Notes under the pieces: generated by a model
What the model was told of the DNA's origin: nothing
The model's database searches: none
Seen by the model: the letters and a program-made list of their open reading frames with translations, nothing else
Program-made: the position numbers and the translations under genes
Source: a virus
Lineage: Duplodnaviria; Caudoviricetes
Length of the DNA: 55,256 bases
Reading direction: 5' to 3' (one strand)
Virus record (IMG/VR): IMGVR_UViG_3300037100_000032
Coordinates: 1-55,256 of that record
Part shown: positions 9,159 through 18,308 of the stretch, in pieces
How the letters are laid out: each line of letters starts with the position of its first letter
Position numbering within the stretch: position 1 is the stretch's first letter

Positions 9159-9352
9159 ACGGCCTCCCGCAGATGACCGCTGCCGACGAGGTGCGCGAGA
9201 CGCAGATCGGGCATCTGTTCGCCAAGCTGCTGCAAGCTGAGAACAAGGAAGCGGCTAACGCTGCATTTGACGTGCTGGTGCTGCTGATGCGGTCGCGGTC
9301 GGATGAACAATTACTACGGATGGAGATTGAGCGGCGGTCTACGCCCGCGTGA
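9155..9352 (+). CDS. Hypothetical protein
   Basis: Coupled ORF. Confidence 0.6.
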   Translation: MNGLPQMTAADEVRETQIGHLFAKLLQAENKEAANAAFDVLVLLMRSRSDEQLLRMEIERRSTPA

Positions 9353-10737
9353 TAGAGCTTCGCGACTATCAAGAGCGCGCCCTTGACGACGTGCGTGAAG
9401 CCTACCGTCGCGGGCTGCGCAAGCCGCTGCTGGTAGCGCCGACCGGCGCCGGCAAGACGGTCATATTCTCAGCCATTGCGCGCAACGCCACGCAATTAGG
9501 CAAACGCGTGATGATCTTGGTACATCGGCAGGAACTGATGGACCAAGTATCCGAGACGCTCGGTCGGTTTGATGTACCACACGGCCACATTGTGTCAGGC
9601 ATCACGCCGAAGCGGCAGGAGCCCGTGCAGGTGGCATCTGTGATGTCACTGGTACGCCGCATTGGCAGCGTGTATTCGCCAGACCTCATCATCATTGATG
9701 AGGCTCACCACGCCGTCTCCGACACGTATGAGCGCATCATTGCGGCCTTCCCTGAATCGCGCCTGCTAGGCGTCACTGCCACGCCCTGCCGCATGGGCGG
9801 CGCGGGTTTGGGCGATGTGTTTGACACGCTCGTCATGGGGCCTAGCGTGCAGGAGTTGACAGATGCGGGACATCTCGCACCGGCTCGAGTATTTGCGCCC
9901 GCGACGATCAACACGGACGGCATGCGCACGATCATGGGCGAATTCGTGCGGCGCGAGGTTGAGGACCGTGTGGACCGCCCTACGGTCACAGGCGATGCGA
10001 TATCGCATTATCAGCGTCTCACGCCCGGCAAACGCGCGGTGGTGTTCTGCGTGTCGCTGGAGCACGCACGGCACATTGCGGACGGCGCACGCGCGGCGGG
10101 CATCACGGCTGTGATGGTGGACGGTGGCATGGACACGGAGATCCGCCGCCGTGTGATGGCGGATTTCAAGGGAGGGCTCATTCAGTGGCTCGTGAGCGTT
10201 GATCTCATACAAGAGGGCTTTGACTGTCCCGGCATTGAGGTGGGCATATTCCTACGCCCTACCCAATCGCTCGGCCTCTGGCTTCAGCAAGCAGGGCGAT
10301 GCCTACGCACGTATGAGGGGAAACCGCACGCCACTTTGTTAGATCATGCCGGTAACGCGCTGCGGCACGGACTGCCGTCAGACGATCGCGACTGGACATT
10401 GGAGACAGGCAAGCGGCGTGGCAAGACAGAACTGTCTGTGTCGGTCAAAATTTGCCCTCGCTGTTTTGCCGGCCAGCGCACCGGGCGCCCGACGTGCGTG
10501 CATTGCGGCTGGACGTTCCCTGTGGAAGCTCGCAAGGTGGCCTCCGAGGACGGCGAGCTTGAGGAAATCACGCCAGAGCAGTTGGCGCGCAGGGCTGAGC
10601 GGCGCGAGCAGGGTCAGGCGCAGACACTGGCGCAGCTCACTGAGATTGCGCGCATCAAGGGTTACAAGCCCGACTGGGCAAAGCATGTGATGGAGGCGAG
10701 AATGGCTAAGAGGAAGAAAGATGAAGTACCAAGTTGA
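9349..10737 (+). CDS. SF2 DEAH-box helicase with C-terminal zinc ribbon
   Basis: LRDYQ, APTGAGKT, DEAHH, TAT, QQAGRCLR, CPRC..CVHC. Confidence 0.93.
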   Translation: MIELRDYQERALDDVREAYRRGLRKPLLVAPTGAGKTVIFSAIARNATQLGKRVMILVHRQELMDQVSETLGRFDVPHGHIVSGITPKRQEPVQVASVMSLVRRIGSVYSPDLIIIDEAHHAVSDTYERIIAAFPESRLLGVTATPCRMGGAGLGDVFDTLVMGPSVQELTDAGHLAPARVFAPATINTDGMRTIMGEFVRREVEDRVDRPTVTGDAISHYQRLTPGKRAVVFCVSLEHARHIADGARAAGITAVMVDGGMDTEIRRRVMADFKGGLIQWLVSVDLIQEGFDCPGIEVGIFLRPTQSLGLWLQQAGRCLRTYEGKPHATLLDHAGNALRHGLPSDDRDWTLETGKRRGKTELSVSVKICPRCFAGQRTGRPTCVHCGWTFPVEARKVASEDGELEEITPEQLARRAERREQGQAQTLAQLTEIARIKGYKPDWAKHVMEARMAKRKKDEVPS

Positions 10738-10921
10738 AGTGAAATTTGATAACGGTGATGTGTTGACCGGCATACCGCACGGAGAGATGATCGTTGATGC
10801 TGACACCGATTGGGTGAAGCTCACATCCGGCGTAGGCGACATCACATGGATTCAGAAATCAAAAATTCGCAGTGTAACCTTGAAGGTGATCCCCAGTGAA
10901 ACGGACCAAGCGTCTAATTGA
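10721..10921 (+). CDS. Hypothetical small beta-rich protein
   Basis: Coupled ORF. Confidence 0.6.
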   Translation: MKYQVEVKFDNGDVLTGIPHGEMIVDADTDWVKLTSGVGDITWIQKSKIRSVTLKVIPSETDQASN

Positions 10922-11078
10922 TCCCCGTCGTCTCAAAACCGGTAGCGGCTGCGCGTACCCTAAAGCCCTGCGCTTGAAGATCAAGCGTGCGCGGCTCTCT
11001 GGCAAATCGTTGGCACAAGTTTCGGCTAAATATCGCGTGTCCAAACAGACCGTGCTTCTGATGGCGCGCGAAGCATAG
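10896..11078 (+). CDS. Small basic HTH protein
   Basis: GKSLAQVSAKYRVSKQTV. Confidence 0.6.
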   Translation: MKRTKRLIDPRRLKTGSGCAYPKALRLKIKRARLSGKSLAQVSAKYRVSKQTVLLMAREA

Positions 11079-11082
11079 CGTG

Positions 11083-11718
11083 CTACGCAGAGATCTTCTT
11101 GACGTATAGCTGATAGAGCGGCTTGGCTAAGATATCAATTTTTTGGAAATTGATGTTGAGAAACGAATCAATCGCAAGCTTAGGGCAACGCAGCGGATCT
11201 CTGCCGTCTTTTGACCATAGATAGTCATCAAAAATCATTGTGCCGCCGACGGCTAGAAGTTGAAATCCCAGCACTGCATCCGCTAGCACATCGGGCGCCT
11301 GATGGGACCCATCAATATACACAAGGTCAAAATACTCTCCCTGTGTTTCGGTCAGCAATTGCGCCAAGCAAAGGTGTGAAAATCCTTTGTGAGTAATTAG
11401 CTTGACCGGGTGAGTGGCACGCTCGCACGCAAGTGCCGTGTTCGCGTGGAATCGCGATTCAACTTCCTCCATGTGTATTCCCATTGCCTTGTGCTCAACG
11501 CCACCTTCCCACGTATCAACGCAGTGCATTTCAAATGGCGCCTCTTTTGCGCAGTGGTCAATCAGGTAACAAGCGCTTGCGCCTTCAAACGAGCCAATTT
11601 CAAGCGCTTTGCGGGGACGGATGTCTGGGATTAGCTGATCCCAGACAGCGGCGGTGCGCCAGAACCAATGGGCCGTAAAAACATACTCGGCCTGGCTCAT
11701 AGATGTTTTGATCCGCAA
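11083..11718 (-). CDS. Class I SAM-dependent methyltransferase (Methyltransf_24-like), moron
   Basis: LEIGSFEGAS, CVDTW, FDLVYIDGSH, GGTMIFDDY; opposite strand, AT-richer. Confidence 0.9.
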   Translation of the reverse strand: MRIKTSMSQAEYVFTAHWFWRTAAVWDQLIPDIRPRKALEIGSFEGASACYLIDHCAKEAPFEMHCVDTWEGGVEHKAMGIHMEEVESRFHANTALACERATHPVKLITHKGFSHLCLAQLLTETQGEYFDLVYIDGSHQAPDVLADAVLGFQLLAVGGTMIFDDYLWSKDGRDPLRCPKLAIDSFLNINFQKIDILAKPLYQLYVKKISA

Positions 11719-11777
11719 TAATTAGATGTCTAAGGATTGCAAGCATCTCATAATTTCACTAGACCCGCCACCTTGTC

Positions 11778-11818
11778 TGTGAGACAACTGCCCGCCCCGC
11801 TGTAGGACAATTCTGACA
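11778..11818. promoter_or_regulatory. GacA/UvrY-like box plus secondary half-site
   Basis: TGTAGG-ACAATT-CTGACA at 11801-11818; TGTGAG 23 bp left. Confidence 0.6.
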
Positions 11819-11830
11819 AGGTACGAAATT

Positions 11831-12241
11831 ATGGCGATTCGTTCGGCTTCCGAAACGGAGATCCTCAAAAAGATCCAGATCGCGCTAAGCCACGGGGACA
11901 CGCGGTTGTGGCGAAATAACAACGGCGAGGCGTGGGCGGGGTACGCAATTCCCGCTCCGCCAAGGTATCGGCCGGGCGCGATCGTCATTGAGCGGCCTGT
12001 GCGCGTCAATTTTGGGCTTTGCGCTGGGAGCGCTGACTTGGTAGGGCTGCGCTCCGTACGCGTCACTCAGGCCATGGTAGGCAGTTACGTGGCCGTATTT
12101 GCGGGCGTGGAGGTCAAATCAGCCACAGGATCGGTGAAGCCGGACCAAGCCGCGTGGGTGGGATTCGTGGAACAGGCCGGCGGGTATGGGGGTATTGCGC
12201 GGTCGGTGGAGGATGCACGGGTCATATTGCGGCTCAGCTAG
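11831..12241 (+). CDS. VRR-NUC nuclease
   Basis: SE..I..KI, WRNNNG, GSADLVG, VEVK, Q..W, G.ARSVEDA. Confidence 0.88.
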   Translation: MAIRSASETEILKKIQIALSHGDTRLWRNNNGEAWAGYAIPAPPRYRPGAIVIERPVRVNFGLCAGSADLVGLRSVRVTQAMVGSYVAVFAGVEVKSATGSVKPDQAAWVGFVEQAGGYGGIARSVEDARVILRLS

Positions 12242-12243
12242 CC

Positions 12244-14442
12244 GTGATCAACTTCCCCGCCGTCAACGACACCCTGCTCAGCAGAGCCCGCGAGCTTCTC
12301 CCCGCGTGGTTCCCCAATGGCCGCTTCCAAGGCGCGCATGAGTTCGTCGTCGGCAATATCAACGGCGACGAGGGCGACAGCCTGTGCGTTGACCTCAACA
12401 GCGGCAAGTGGATTGACTTTGCCAATGACACGGATCGAGGCGGCGACCTGGTCAGCCTGTACGCCGCGAGCCGCAAATTGACCCAGCGCGAGGCCGCGCT
12501 TGACTTGGGCGCAAATCCTGATGGCATTGCCACCAGCGGGATGAATAACCCGGTTATTACGCCGAAGCGCGGCAAGCTGCAGGCCGTCCCCGACATCCCC
12601 GCCACGATTTGCCCCGACCGGCCCTATACCCTAGCCGAGTTCCGCCACCACTCGTGGGGCGTGCCCCACACCCACTGGGTGTATCGCAACGCTGAGGCGC
12701 AGCCGCTATTTGTGATCGCGCGCTACGAGACGCCCAAAGAGAAGAAAATCGTCCCATGGACGTGGCGCGGGGGGCAATGGGCTGCAAAATCGTGGCCGAA
12801 ACCCCGCCCGCTGTATAACCTGCATAATTTACCCCCTAGCGATGCCGCCGTATTGCTGGTTGAGGGCGAGAAGACGGCCGACGCCGCTGCCGAGTTGTTC
12901 CCCCACTTGGTCGCCATGACGTGGTCTGGCGGGGCCTCAGCGCACGTTACCGCCGATTGGACCCCGCTGACCGGGCGCAACGTCACAATCTGGCCCGACG
13001 CCGACGTGACGGGCCGCAAGGCCGCTGTGGCGATCGGTGAGCTGCTATACCGGCTGAAATGCACTGTGAGCATCGTAGACCCGTCAGGCTGGCCGGAAGG
13101 CTGGGACTTGGCCGATGCAGGCCCCCAGGATGATGTCGTGTCCTACGCCGTCTCCCACGTCCGTACGGTGGGTGTCGCTGACCTGCGGCCCCAGCCGCCG
13201 CCGAAGCTGGAGGTGATGGCATCGGTGCCCCAATCCACTCCGACGGTGATTGAAGGGAAGGTCTGGCCAGCCAGCTTGGTTGAAACTTGGCAACGATATG
13301 GATTTCTCCTCAAAAAAACCTCTGGGCAATTGCCTTACAACAATCATTTCAACGTGGGGAGAGCGATAGCGGCTCGTCACGAGCAGTTGGGCGATATGGA
13401 CGTTTGGTTTAACGCATTCACAAACTGCGTAATGATTGGCAATCAAAAATGGACCGATGGGATGACACTGGCATTTACTGTATGGCTGCAAAAGCAAATG
13501 GAAATGTGTGACATAAAACCTTATGTGGTCAGCGATGGCGTATATGCTTACGCAATGGAACAAACTCGTCACCCGGTCCGCGAATGGTTGACTCAGATAA
13601 ACTGGGACGGCGCCGGCCGGCTAAAAGATTTAATTCCGATTGGCTTCGGCGCGGAGAGAAATGAATACACTGAGTCAGTAGGACGGTGTTTCTTGGGTGG
13701 CATGGTCGCGCGCATCATGGAGCCTGGATGCCAAGTAGACTGCATGCCCGTGTTTGAGGGCGCGCAGGGCGCAGGCAAGACTCGAGCGCTGAGAATCATT
13801 GGAGGCGAGTATTTCGCTGAAGTGCATGACAGCATCATGAGTAAGGATTTCATGGGTTCGTTACAAGGAAAAATGCTATGCGAGATCTCGGAGTTAGGCG
13901 CATTCCGAGCCGCTGACGTTGATCGCATCAAGGGCATTATCAGCAACAACATTGATAACTACCGCGCGCCTTATGGCAAAACCAACGCAGATCATCCGAG
14001 ACAGTGCGTATTTAGCGCAACGACCAACCGCGATGATTGGAATACCGATGAAACTGGCGCTCGTCGGTTTTGGCCAATTAGATGCGGCGTTGTTGATACG
14101 GATTGGATCATGGAAAACCGCGATCAACTGTTTGCAGAGGCGTTAGCTCACTATAAAAATGGCGAGCCATGGTGGAAGGTGCCGGAGCACTTAGCTAAAG
14201 CGGAACGCGAGTCACGTTGGGATTCCGATCCTTGGGACGATGCAATCAGGCAATACGTATTCGGTAGAGAGAATGCGAGAGTGACGGATATTATGGATAG
14301 AGCGTTACATATTGAAACGGATAAAATGAATTTAGCGGCGCAGCTCCGAATTGGCAGAATACTGAAAAAACTTGGATTTGAAAATGTCCAAAAGCGAATT
14401 GGAGAAGATCGAGTAAGGCAATGGGAAAGAAAACGACGCTAA
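12244..14442 (+). CDS. Primase-helicase: Toprim + VirE-like P-loop NTPase
   Basis: VEGEKTADA, WPDAD, GWDLAD; EGAQGAGKT, YRAPYG, TTN..D.TGARRFWP. Confidence 0.88.
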   Translation: MINFPAVNDTLLSRARELLPAWFPNGRFQGAHEFVVGNINGDEGDSLCVDLNSGKWIDFANDTDRGGDLVSLYAASRKLTQREAALDLGANPDGIATSGMNNPVITPKRGKLQAVPDIPATICPDRPYTLAEFRHHSWGVPHTHWVYRNAEAQPLFVIARYETPKEKKIVPWTWRGGQWAAKSWPKPRPLYNLHNLPPSDAAVLLVEGEKTADAAAELFPHLVAMTWSGGASAHVTADWTPLTGRNVTIWPDADVTGRKAAVAIGELLYRLKCTVSIVDPSGWPEGWDLADAGPQDDVVSYAVSHVRTVGVADLRPQPPPKLEVMASVPQSTPTVIEGKVWPASLVETWQRYGFLLKKTSGQLPYNNHFNVGRAIAARHEQLGDMDVWFNAFTNCVMIGNQKWTDGMTLAFTVWLQKQMEMCDIKPYVVSDGVYAYAMEQTRHPVREWLTQINWDGAGRLKDLIPIGFGAERNEYTESVGRCFLGGMVARIMEPGCQVDCMPVFEGAQGAGKTRALRIIGGEYFAEVHDSIMSKDFMGSLQGKMLCEISELGAFRAADVDRIKGIISNNIDNYRAPYGKTNADHPRQCVFSATTNRDDWNTDETGARRFWPIRCGVVDTDWIMENRDQLFAEALAHYKNGEPWWKVPEHLAKAERESRWDSDPWDDAIRQYVFGRENARVTDIMDRALHIETDKMNLAAQLRIGRILKKLGFENVQKRIGEDRVRQWERKRR

Positions 14443-14624
14443 CGCAACAGCACACAATGTCCGTATTCCTGTGGCGGCGCTTGGCTTAAAGGTGACTGCT
14501 TCGCAAACGTGCCGTGCCATCGCCATGCCATGCATTGCGACCCATAACATTTGTATTTGCCATCGGAACCATCCGGTAGAAAGCAAAATTTCTTCGCAGC
14601 ATTCTCTTCAGTTATGAGATCCAT
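14439..14624 (-). CDS. Small Cys-rich protein
   Basis: C.GSQCMAWRW...GHC pattern. Confidence 0.65.
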   Translation of the reverse strand: MDLITEENAAKKFCFLPDGSDGKYKCYGSQCMAWRWHGTFAKQSPLSQAPPQEYGHCVLLR

Positions 14625-14642
14625 TTAATTCTCCATTGTGCG

Positions 14643-14939
14643 TCACGTGCGAACCCTCTGATACCTCCCCACCAACGGCAGATCCCCCACCGCATCAGTG
14701 AGCGGTTGCGATACCCCAATGAGCGGTAGCCTCCCCACCTCCCCCAGCTTAAAATCAGCCGGTGCCTCGTACACAAAATACCCGTCGGCGTTCGGGTCCA
14801 GCCTCCCCACAACGCCATACTGAGCCTCGTATCCCCCCGTGTGCATCGTCGCCGCCGCGCAGGCGAGTTCGGGGCTTGCGGCCTCCCCAATCCACCAGAG
14901 GTACCCGCTGGCATTGTCGATCAGCGCGTAATTGTGCAT
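14643..14939 (-). CDS. Hypothetical early protein
   Basis: MHNYALIDNASGYLW; GGAGG SD. Confidence 0.65.
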   Translation of the reverse strand: MHNYALIDNASGYLWWIGEAASPELACAAATMHTGGYEAQYGVVGRLDPNADGYFVYEAPADFKLGEVGRLPLIGVSQPLTDAVGDLPLVGRYQRVRT

Positions 14940-15085
14940 TGCCGCACCCTCCCAAGCTGCCCCTCCCCACTTCAGGCATCGTTGCATCATGGCTAGGCCC
15001 TCCCCCAAGTCGATGGAGAAAGCGTGCGCCGCCGCTTAGGTTGGCATCGGTGCGGTAGCGCACGGTGTGGCGTAGGGGAATACCG

Positions 15086-15346
15086 TCATTTCTTGGCGTT
15101 CATCTCCTTAATGTAATGCGCAGTAAGCGCCTCAGTCGCCATATCCAGCATGATTGCCATCTCGGAGCGTATGGGGCCGGCGATGTCGGTCAATTCGCTG
15201 TTGTCAATCGCATCCCCCAACGCTAGACGAATTCGCTCCAACGCTTCAATCGGAGCCTCTGCCTCTCCACGTATGTGCCGCTCGGCTTCAAACCCCTTCC
15301 ACATCCAGCGCAGCTCGCGCTGGCTCCACTGGTCAACGCGGTCCAT
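15086..15346 (-). CDS. Hypothetical early protein
   Basis: GGAG SD before MDRVDQW. Confidence 0.55.
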   Translation of the reverse strand: MDRVDQWSQRELRWMWKGFEAERHIRGEAEAPIEALERIRLALGDAIDNSELTDIAGPIRSEMAIMLDMATEALTAHYIKEMNAKK

Positions 15347-15614
15347 TGTTGGCTCCCCCATCTTGATCCACGTACCTCCCCGTAGGCTCCCCCAACTGAG
15401 ATCCCCCATGCTCCCCACGAGTCCGCCCAGAGTGCCGCCGCCGTTTCCCCCTAGACCATTCTCCCCACGCGGCCTGCCAACCTGGCGACTCTTCCCGCTC
15501 GGCTATTAGCAGTGCCGGCGGGATCACGTAGCATTCATGACCGACGGGAACACCATCGCTCATGCGATGCGGGAAGTTGCAGAATGACGTACAGTAAAGT
15601 GTTTCGCGTTTCAT
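15333..15614 (-). CDS. Hypothetical early protein
   Basis: Start MKRETLY within conserved leader repeat. Confidence 0.65.
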   Translation of the reverse strand: MKRETLYCTSFCNFPHRMSDGVPVGHECYVIPPALLIAEREESPGWQAAWGEWSRGKRRRHSGRTRGEHGGSQLGEPTGRYVDQDGGANNGPR

Positions 15615-15681
15615 CGTCGTTACCCTCCTAGTGTGACTAACCCCCATCCCATAGCGCCGCAGGGGCCGGCGCTACAGGGAT
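15606..15681 (-). repeat. Hairpin+RBS leader unit A (direct repeat of 15975-16049)
   Basis: ATCCC-A-TAGCGCC-N9-GGCGCTA-CA-GGGAT plus GCGTTTCATCGTCGWTACCCTCCTAGT. Confidence 0.9.
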
Positions 15682-15716
15682 TGGCGTAGAGGCCATCCCC
15701 CAAGTATGTTTCGTGT

Positions 15717-15983
15717 TTAGGCACGGTTTACCTCCCCCAGCGCTTCACCATCTAACTCCAATTCATGTATGCCATATGACTCGTAATCCTCACAAGCGTG
15801 AAAATAGTCAGAGATTGCCTCCCCTTCATCGGACGGCATGGGTTCACTCCCCATCTCGTCTAACCAATTCTCGCGCACATACGCGGCTAATCCCGCAAGT
15901 GCCATTTCCTGGTCTGAATAGGCAGAGAAAATCTCCCCATAGTTGTACGTGATCTGCAATAAATAGATCGTTTGGCGTTTCAT
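15717..15983 (-). CDS. Small acidic early protein
   Basis: Conserved leader; D/E-rich. Confidence 0.75.
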   Translation of the reverse strand: MKRQTIYLLQITYNYGEIFSAYSDQEMALAGLAAYVRENWLDEMGSEPMPSDEGEAISDYFHACEDYESYGIHELELDGEALGEVNRA

Positions 15984-16049
15984 CGTCGATACCCTCCTAG
16001 TTGAACAGTACCCATCCCATAGCGCCGCAGAGGCCGGCGCTACAGGGAT
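15975..16049 (-). repeat. Hairpin+RBS leader unit B
   Basis: Near-identical to unit A. Confidence 0.9.
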
Positions 16050-16054
16050 AGGTG

Positions 16055-16438
16055 CTAGTCGTCGGTGTCCCCATATGCCGATTCAATCGGTTCGCTGCAG
16101 TGGTCACAATATAATTCGGGGTTCTCATAGTTTATATCGCAAGCCTCAACTAACCATCCGTCACGGCACTGATTGCGAATTGACCACGATATGCTGCGGT
16201 AATTCGCTCGAGCACAGTCAAAATGCAGCGCCGCCCCGTCCGACGTTATCAGATATAGCGGATATCCGCCGGGCCATGCGTATGGACCGTTTCGCAACGT
16301 GGCGCGTATCTCATGCGTGGTTCGTATACGCCTAAACGTATATTGATACTTTCGACGGATTACGTGGAGCGGTCCCCCACTGGAAACCAAATCCCCATCG
16401 CTCATTACCATGTTTTTTGCCAATACTGCCATGTTCAA
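16055..16438 (-). CDS. Phage protein with YAWPGGYP motif and CxxC
   Basis: YAWPGGYPLY...LYCDHCSEPIESAYG. Confidence 0.75.
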   Translation of the reverse strand: MNMAVLAKNMVMSDGDLVSSGGPLHVIRRKYQYTFRRIRTTHEIRATLRNGPYAWPGGYPLYLITSDGAALHFDCARANYRSISWSIRNQCRDGWLVEACDINYENPELYCDHCSEPIESAYGDTDD

Positions 16439-16458
16439 TGCTCCTGGTTAAATGCGTA

Positions 16459-16689
16459 TCAATCAATAGAATTGCGCAGTTCGGTCAATTCCCCAATAGC
16501 GCTATCCAATCGTCGGATGGCCTCCCCTATACTGTCGCAACCCTCGTTTTCGGAAAGTTCGGTTAGTAGAAATTTCAATAGCCCATCCCCGCAGTCTGGT
16601 ACATCGCGCGGTAATAGCGACTGAAATTCACCGTTACAATAACGGCCAATAACTATATTTTGGTAGTGGTCAAAATTGTCCATGTTCAA
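16459..16689 (-). CDS. Small acidic early protein
   Basis: Leader CCATGTTCAATGCTCCT shared with 16429-16445. Confidence 0.7.
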   Translation of the reverse strand: MNMDNFDHYQNIVIGRYCNGEFQSLLPRDVPDCGDGLLKFLLTELSENEGCDSIGEAIRRLDSAIGELTELRNSID

Positions 16690-16725
16690 TGCTCCTATGT
16701 CCGTGGTTGGTTGCTTGCTACGTCA

Positions 16726-16763
16726 CTCCCCATAGCGGCCGGGTTAGCAGCCGCTAGAGGGAA
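16726..16763 (-). repeat. Hairpin unit C
   Basis: TCCCC-A-TAGCGGC-N10-GCCGCTA-GA-GGGAA. Confidence 0.8.
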
Positions 16764-17093
16764 TTATGCGTCGTGCTCATCCTCCCCATCGTCAACGAAC
16801 CAGCTATCGGTGCGGTCGTCATAATCCGCACCCTTCTCTATCAGCCAGCAATCCCCATCCTGATACAGCCTATACCTGGTGCCAGTCTCAGGGTTTAGTA
16901 CCTCGGCCGCATCCATAATCTCTGTCCATAAATCCCAGTAACCTTCCTCATCCGGCCCTTTCTGTAGTTCGTCCAAGTCTGCCGGAGTGACGTTGAATAT
17001 GCACTCGCGGCGGATGCGTTTAGCGAATTGCACGGGCACATAGATGCCGTGGCATCCATCAACGAATAGGATCATTTCTGCGTCGCGTTTCAT
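16764..17093 (-). CDS. Acidic early protein
   Basis: DG.HGIYVP..FA...GPD.E.YWD.W...LYQDGDCW. Confidence 0.75.
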   Translation of the reverse strand: MKRDAEMILFVDGCHGIYVPVQFAKRIRRECIFNVTPADLDELQKGPDEEGYWDLWTEIMDAAEVLNPETGTRYRLYQDGDCWLIEKGADYDDRTDSWFVDDGEDEHDA

Positions 17094-17104
17094 GTTGCTG
17101 GCTC

Positions 17105-17497
17105 CTATCGATACCAGTAAGTAACGCCGTCAAATTCAACGGATGAATAGTCCCATTGCAGTTCTCGGGCTGCCTGATCCCAATCAATGCAAGTGCATGG
17201 CCACCCGGCATCGGCCGGGACCGCGCCTAGTTCGTCTGCCAATTCCATTGCATACCGTTTGAAATACGAATCACGGATTAGAGTCACGGGATACCAGTCG
17301 CCGCGCCATTGTTCGTCGCCGCCGTAACCGCGCAATTCCCCCAACAGCTCTCTGAGCGCTACTAGCTCGGTCGCGTCGTCGGAGCGCACTAGCGCATCAA
17401 TGTCGTCCTGGGAGACTGCATCCTCCAATTCTTCAACGCGGGCGATAATATCGCGCACATTAATAATGTCGTCACTGTTGCTAATGTCGGTCGTCAT
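17105..17497 (-). CDS. Acidic protein with ArdA-like C-terminus (putative DNA mimic)
   Basis: F..YA.ELA...IDWDQAARELQWDY; strongly D/E-rich. Confidence 0.55.
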   Translation of the reverse strand: MTTDISNSDDIINVRDIIARVEELEDAVSQDDIDALVRSDDATELVALRELLGELRGYGGDEQWRGDWYPVTLIRDSYFKRYAMELADELGAVPADAGWPCTCIDWDQAARELQWDYSSVEFDGVTYWYR

Positions 17498-17501
17498 ATA
17501 T

Positions 17502-17561
17502 CCTCCATCCGTAGGTTAACTAATCCACAATGCCCACCTATGCAGATGCGCATTAAGGTTA
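17502..17561 (-). repeat. Hairpin+RBS leader unit D (repeat of 18791-18850)
   Basis: CCTCCATCCGTAG...ATCCACAATGCSCACCT-N4-AGATGCGCATT. Confidence 0.85.
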
Positions 17562-17562
17562 G

Positions 17563-18180
17563 TCAAATTCGCTTGCCGTCAACGTCAAATTCGTATTCGT
17601 TGCATCTGATGTTTTCGTCCACTTGTTCGTCTGCATTCTGCCAATCCCACTCTTTTTCAAGCGTGCGGTAAATCCAGCGCATAAGATCGCGCGATAGTTC
17701 GGTAAACGTTTCTTCCGCCTCTGCATCTGCGGTCATATTCGGCTGGTCGCCGCCGGTTTCATCGTCATACTCAAAATTGCATTCAATAGATACGCTCATC
17801 TCATGGTAGTAATGTCCCCAATGCGTGATTGACGCCGACATACCTGGATGCGCAGCGATCAGTGCGCCCATTGCGTCTGCAATGCGGGTTAGTTCGGCGT
17901 CTACCGGCGCGTATTCCTTCAATGCGTCTGGCTTGCAGTCGGAGCTATACCATGATCCGGTAAAGCACGCACCGTCACCTTGCGACCAGAAGCCGGTAAA
18001 CATGATTTTGGGATCGCAATAGCCCAATTTGCGCAGTATGATCCCCGCGTCATCCAGCACAGTTTCCTGCCAGAATGTGTCATCGGCAGATGCGCGCCGA
18101 TACCATTCTCGGGCTTTTTCCTTGGCGTCGTCGCTTAGTTCGTCAAACTGGTAAACGTCAATTTCACGTGTCGTTGGCAT
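17563..18180 (-). CDS. Acidic protein of family common in plasmid/ICE/phage early regions
   Basis: VYQFDELSDDAKEKAREWYR, FTGFWSQGDGACF, WIYR.LE.E...NEYEF..DG. Confidence 0.8.
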   Translation of the reverse strand: MPTTREIDVYQFDELSDDAKEKAREWYRRASADDTFWQETVLDDAGIILRKLGYCDPKIMFTGFWSQGDGACFTGSWYSSDCKPDALKEYAPVDAELTRIADAMGALIAAHPGMSASITHWGHYYHEMSVSIECNFEYDDETGGDQPNMTADAEAEETFTELSRDLMRWIYRTLEKEWDWQNADEQVDENIRCNEYEFDVDGKRI

Positions 18181-18205
18181 GATTATCCTCCTAGTCAAAA
18201 TAGCT

Positions 18206-18226
18206 GATTAGAATAACTGATAATTG
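18206..18226. repeat. 21-bp operator-like repeat (copy at about 19116-19136)
   Basis: GATTAGAATAACTGATAATTG exact in two intergenic regions. Confidence 0.8.
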
Positions 18227-18251
18227 GGAATAACGCTACTCACCTCCTAAT

Positions 18252-18303
18252 GCGGGTTAGCTGCAATGCATTTTTCTAATCATTGCGAGCGCAGCTAACC
18301 CGC
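18252..18303. other. Long intergenic stem-loop downstream of radC
   Basis: GCGGGTTAGCTGC...GCAGCTAACCCGC 13-bp perfect inverted repeat. Confidence 0.7.
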
Positions 18304-18308
18304 GATTG

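Noticed and set aside
11083-11718. DNA methyltransferase / RM system
   Set aside because: Lacks DNA-MTase catalytic motifs; adjacent nuclease is a replication-linked VRR-NUC
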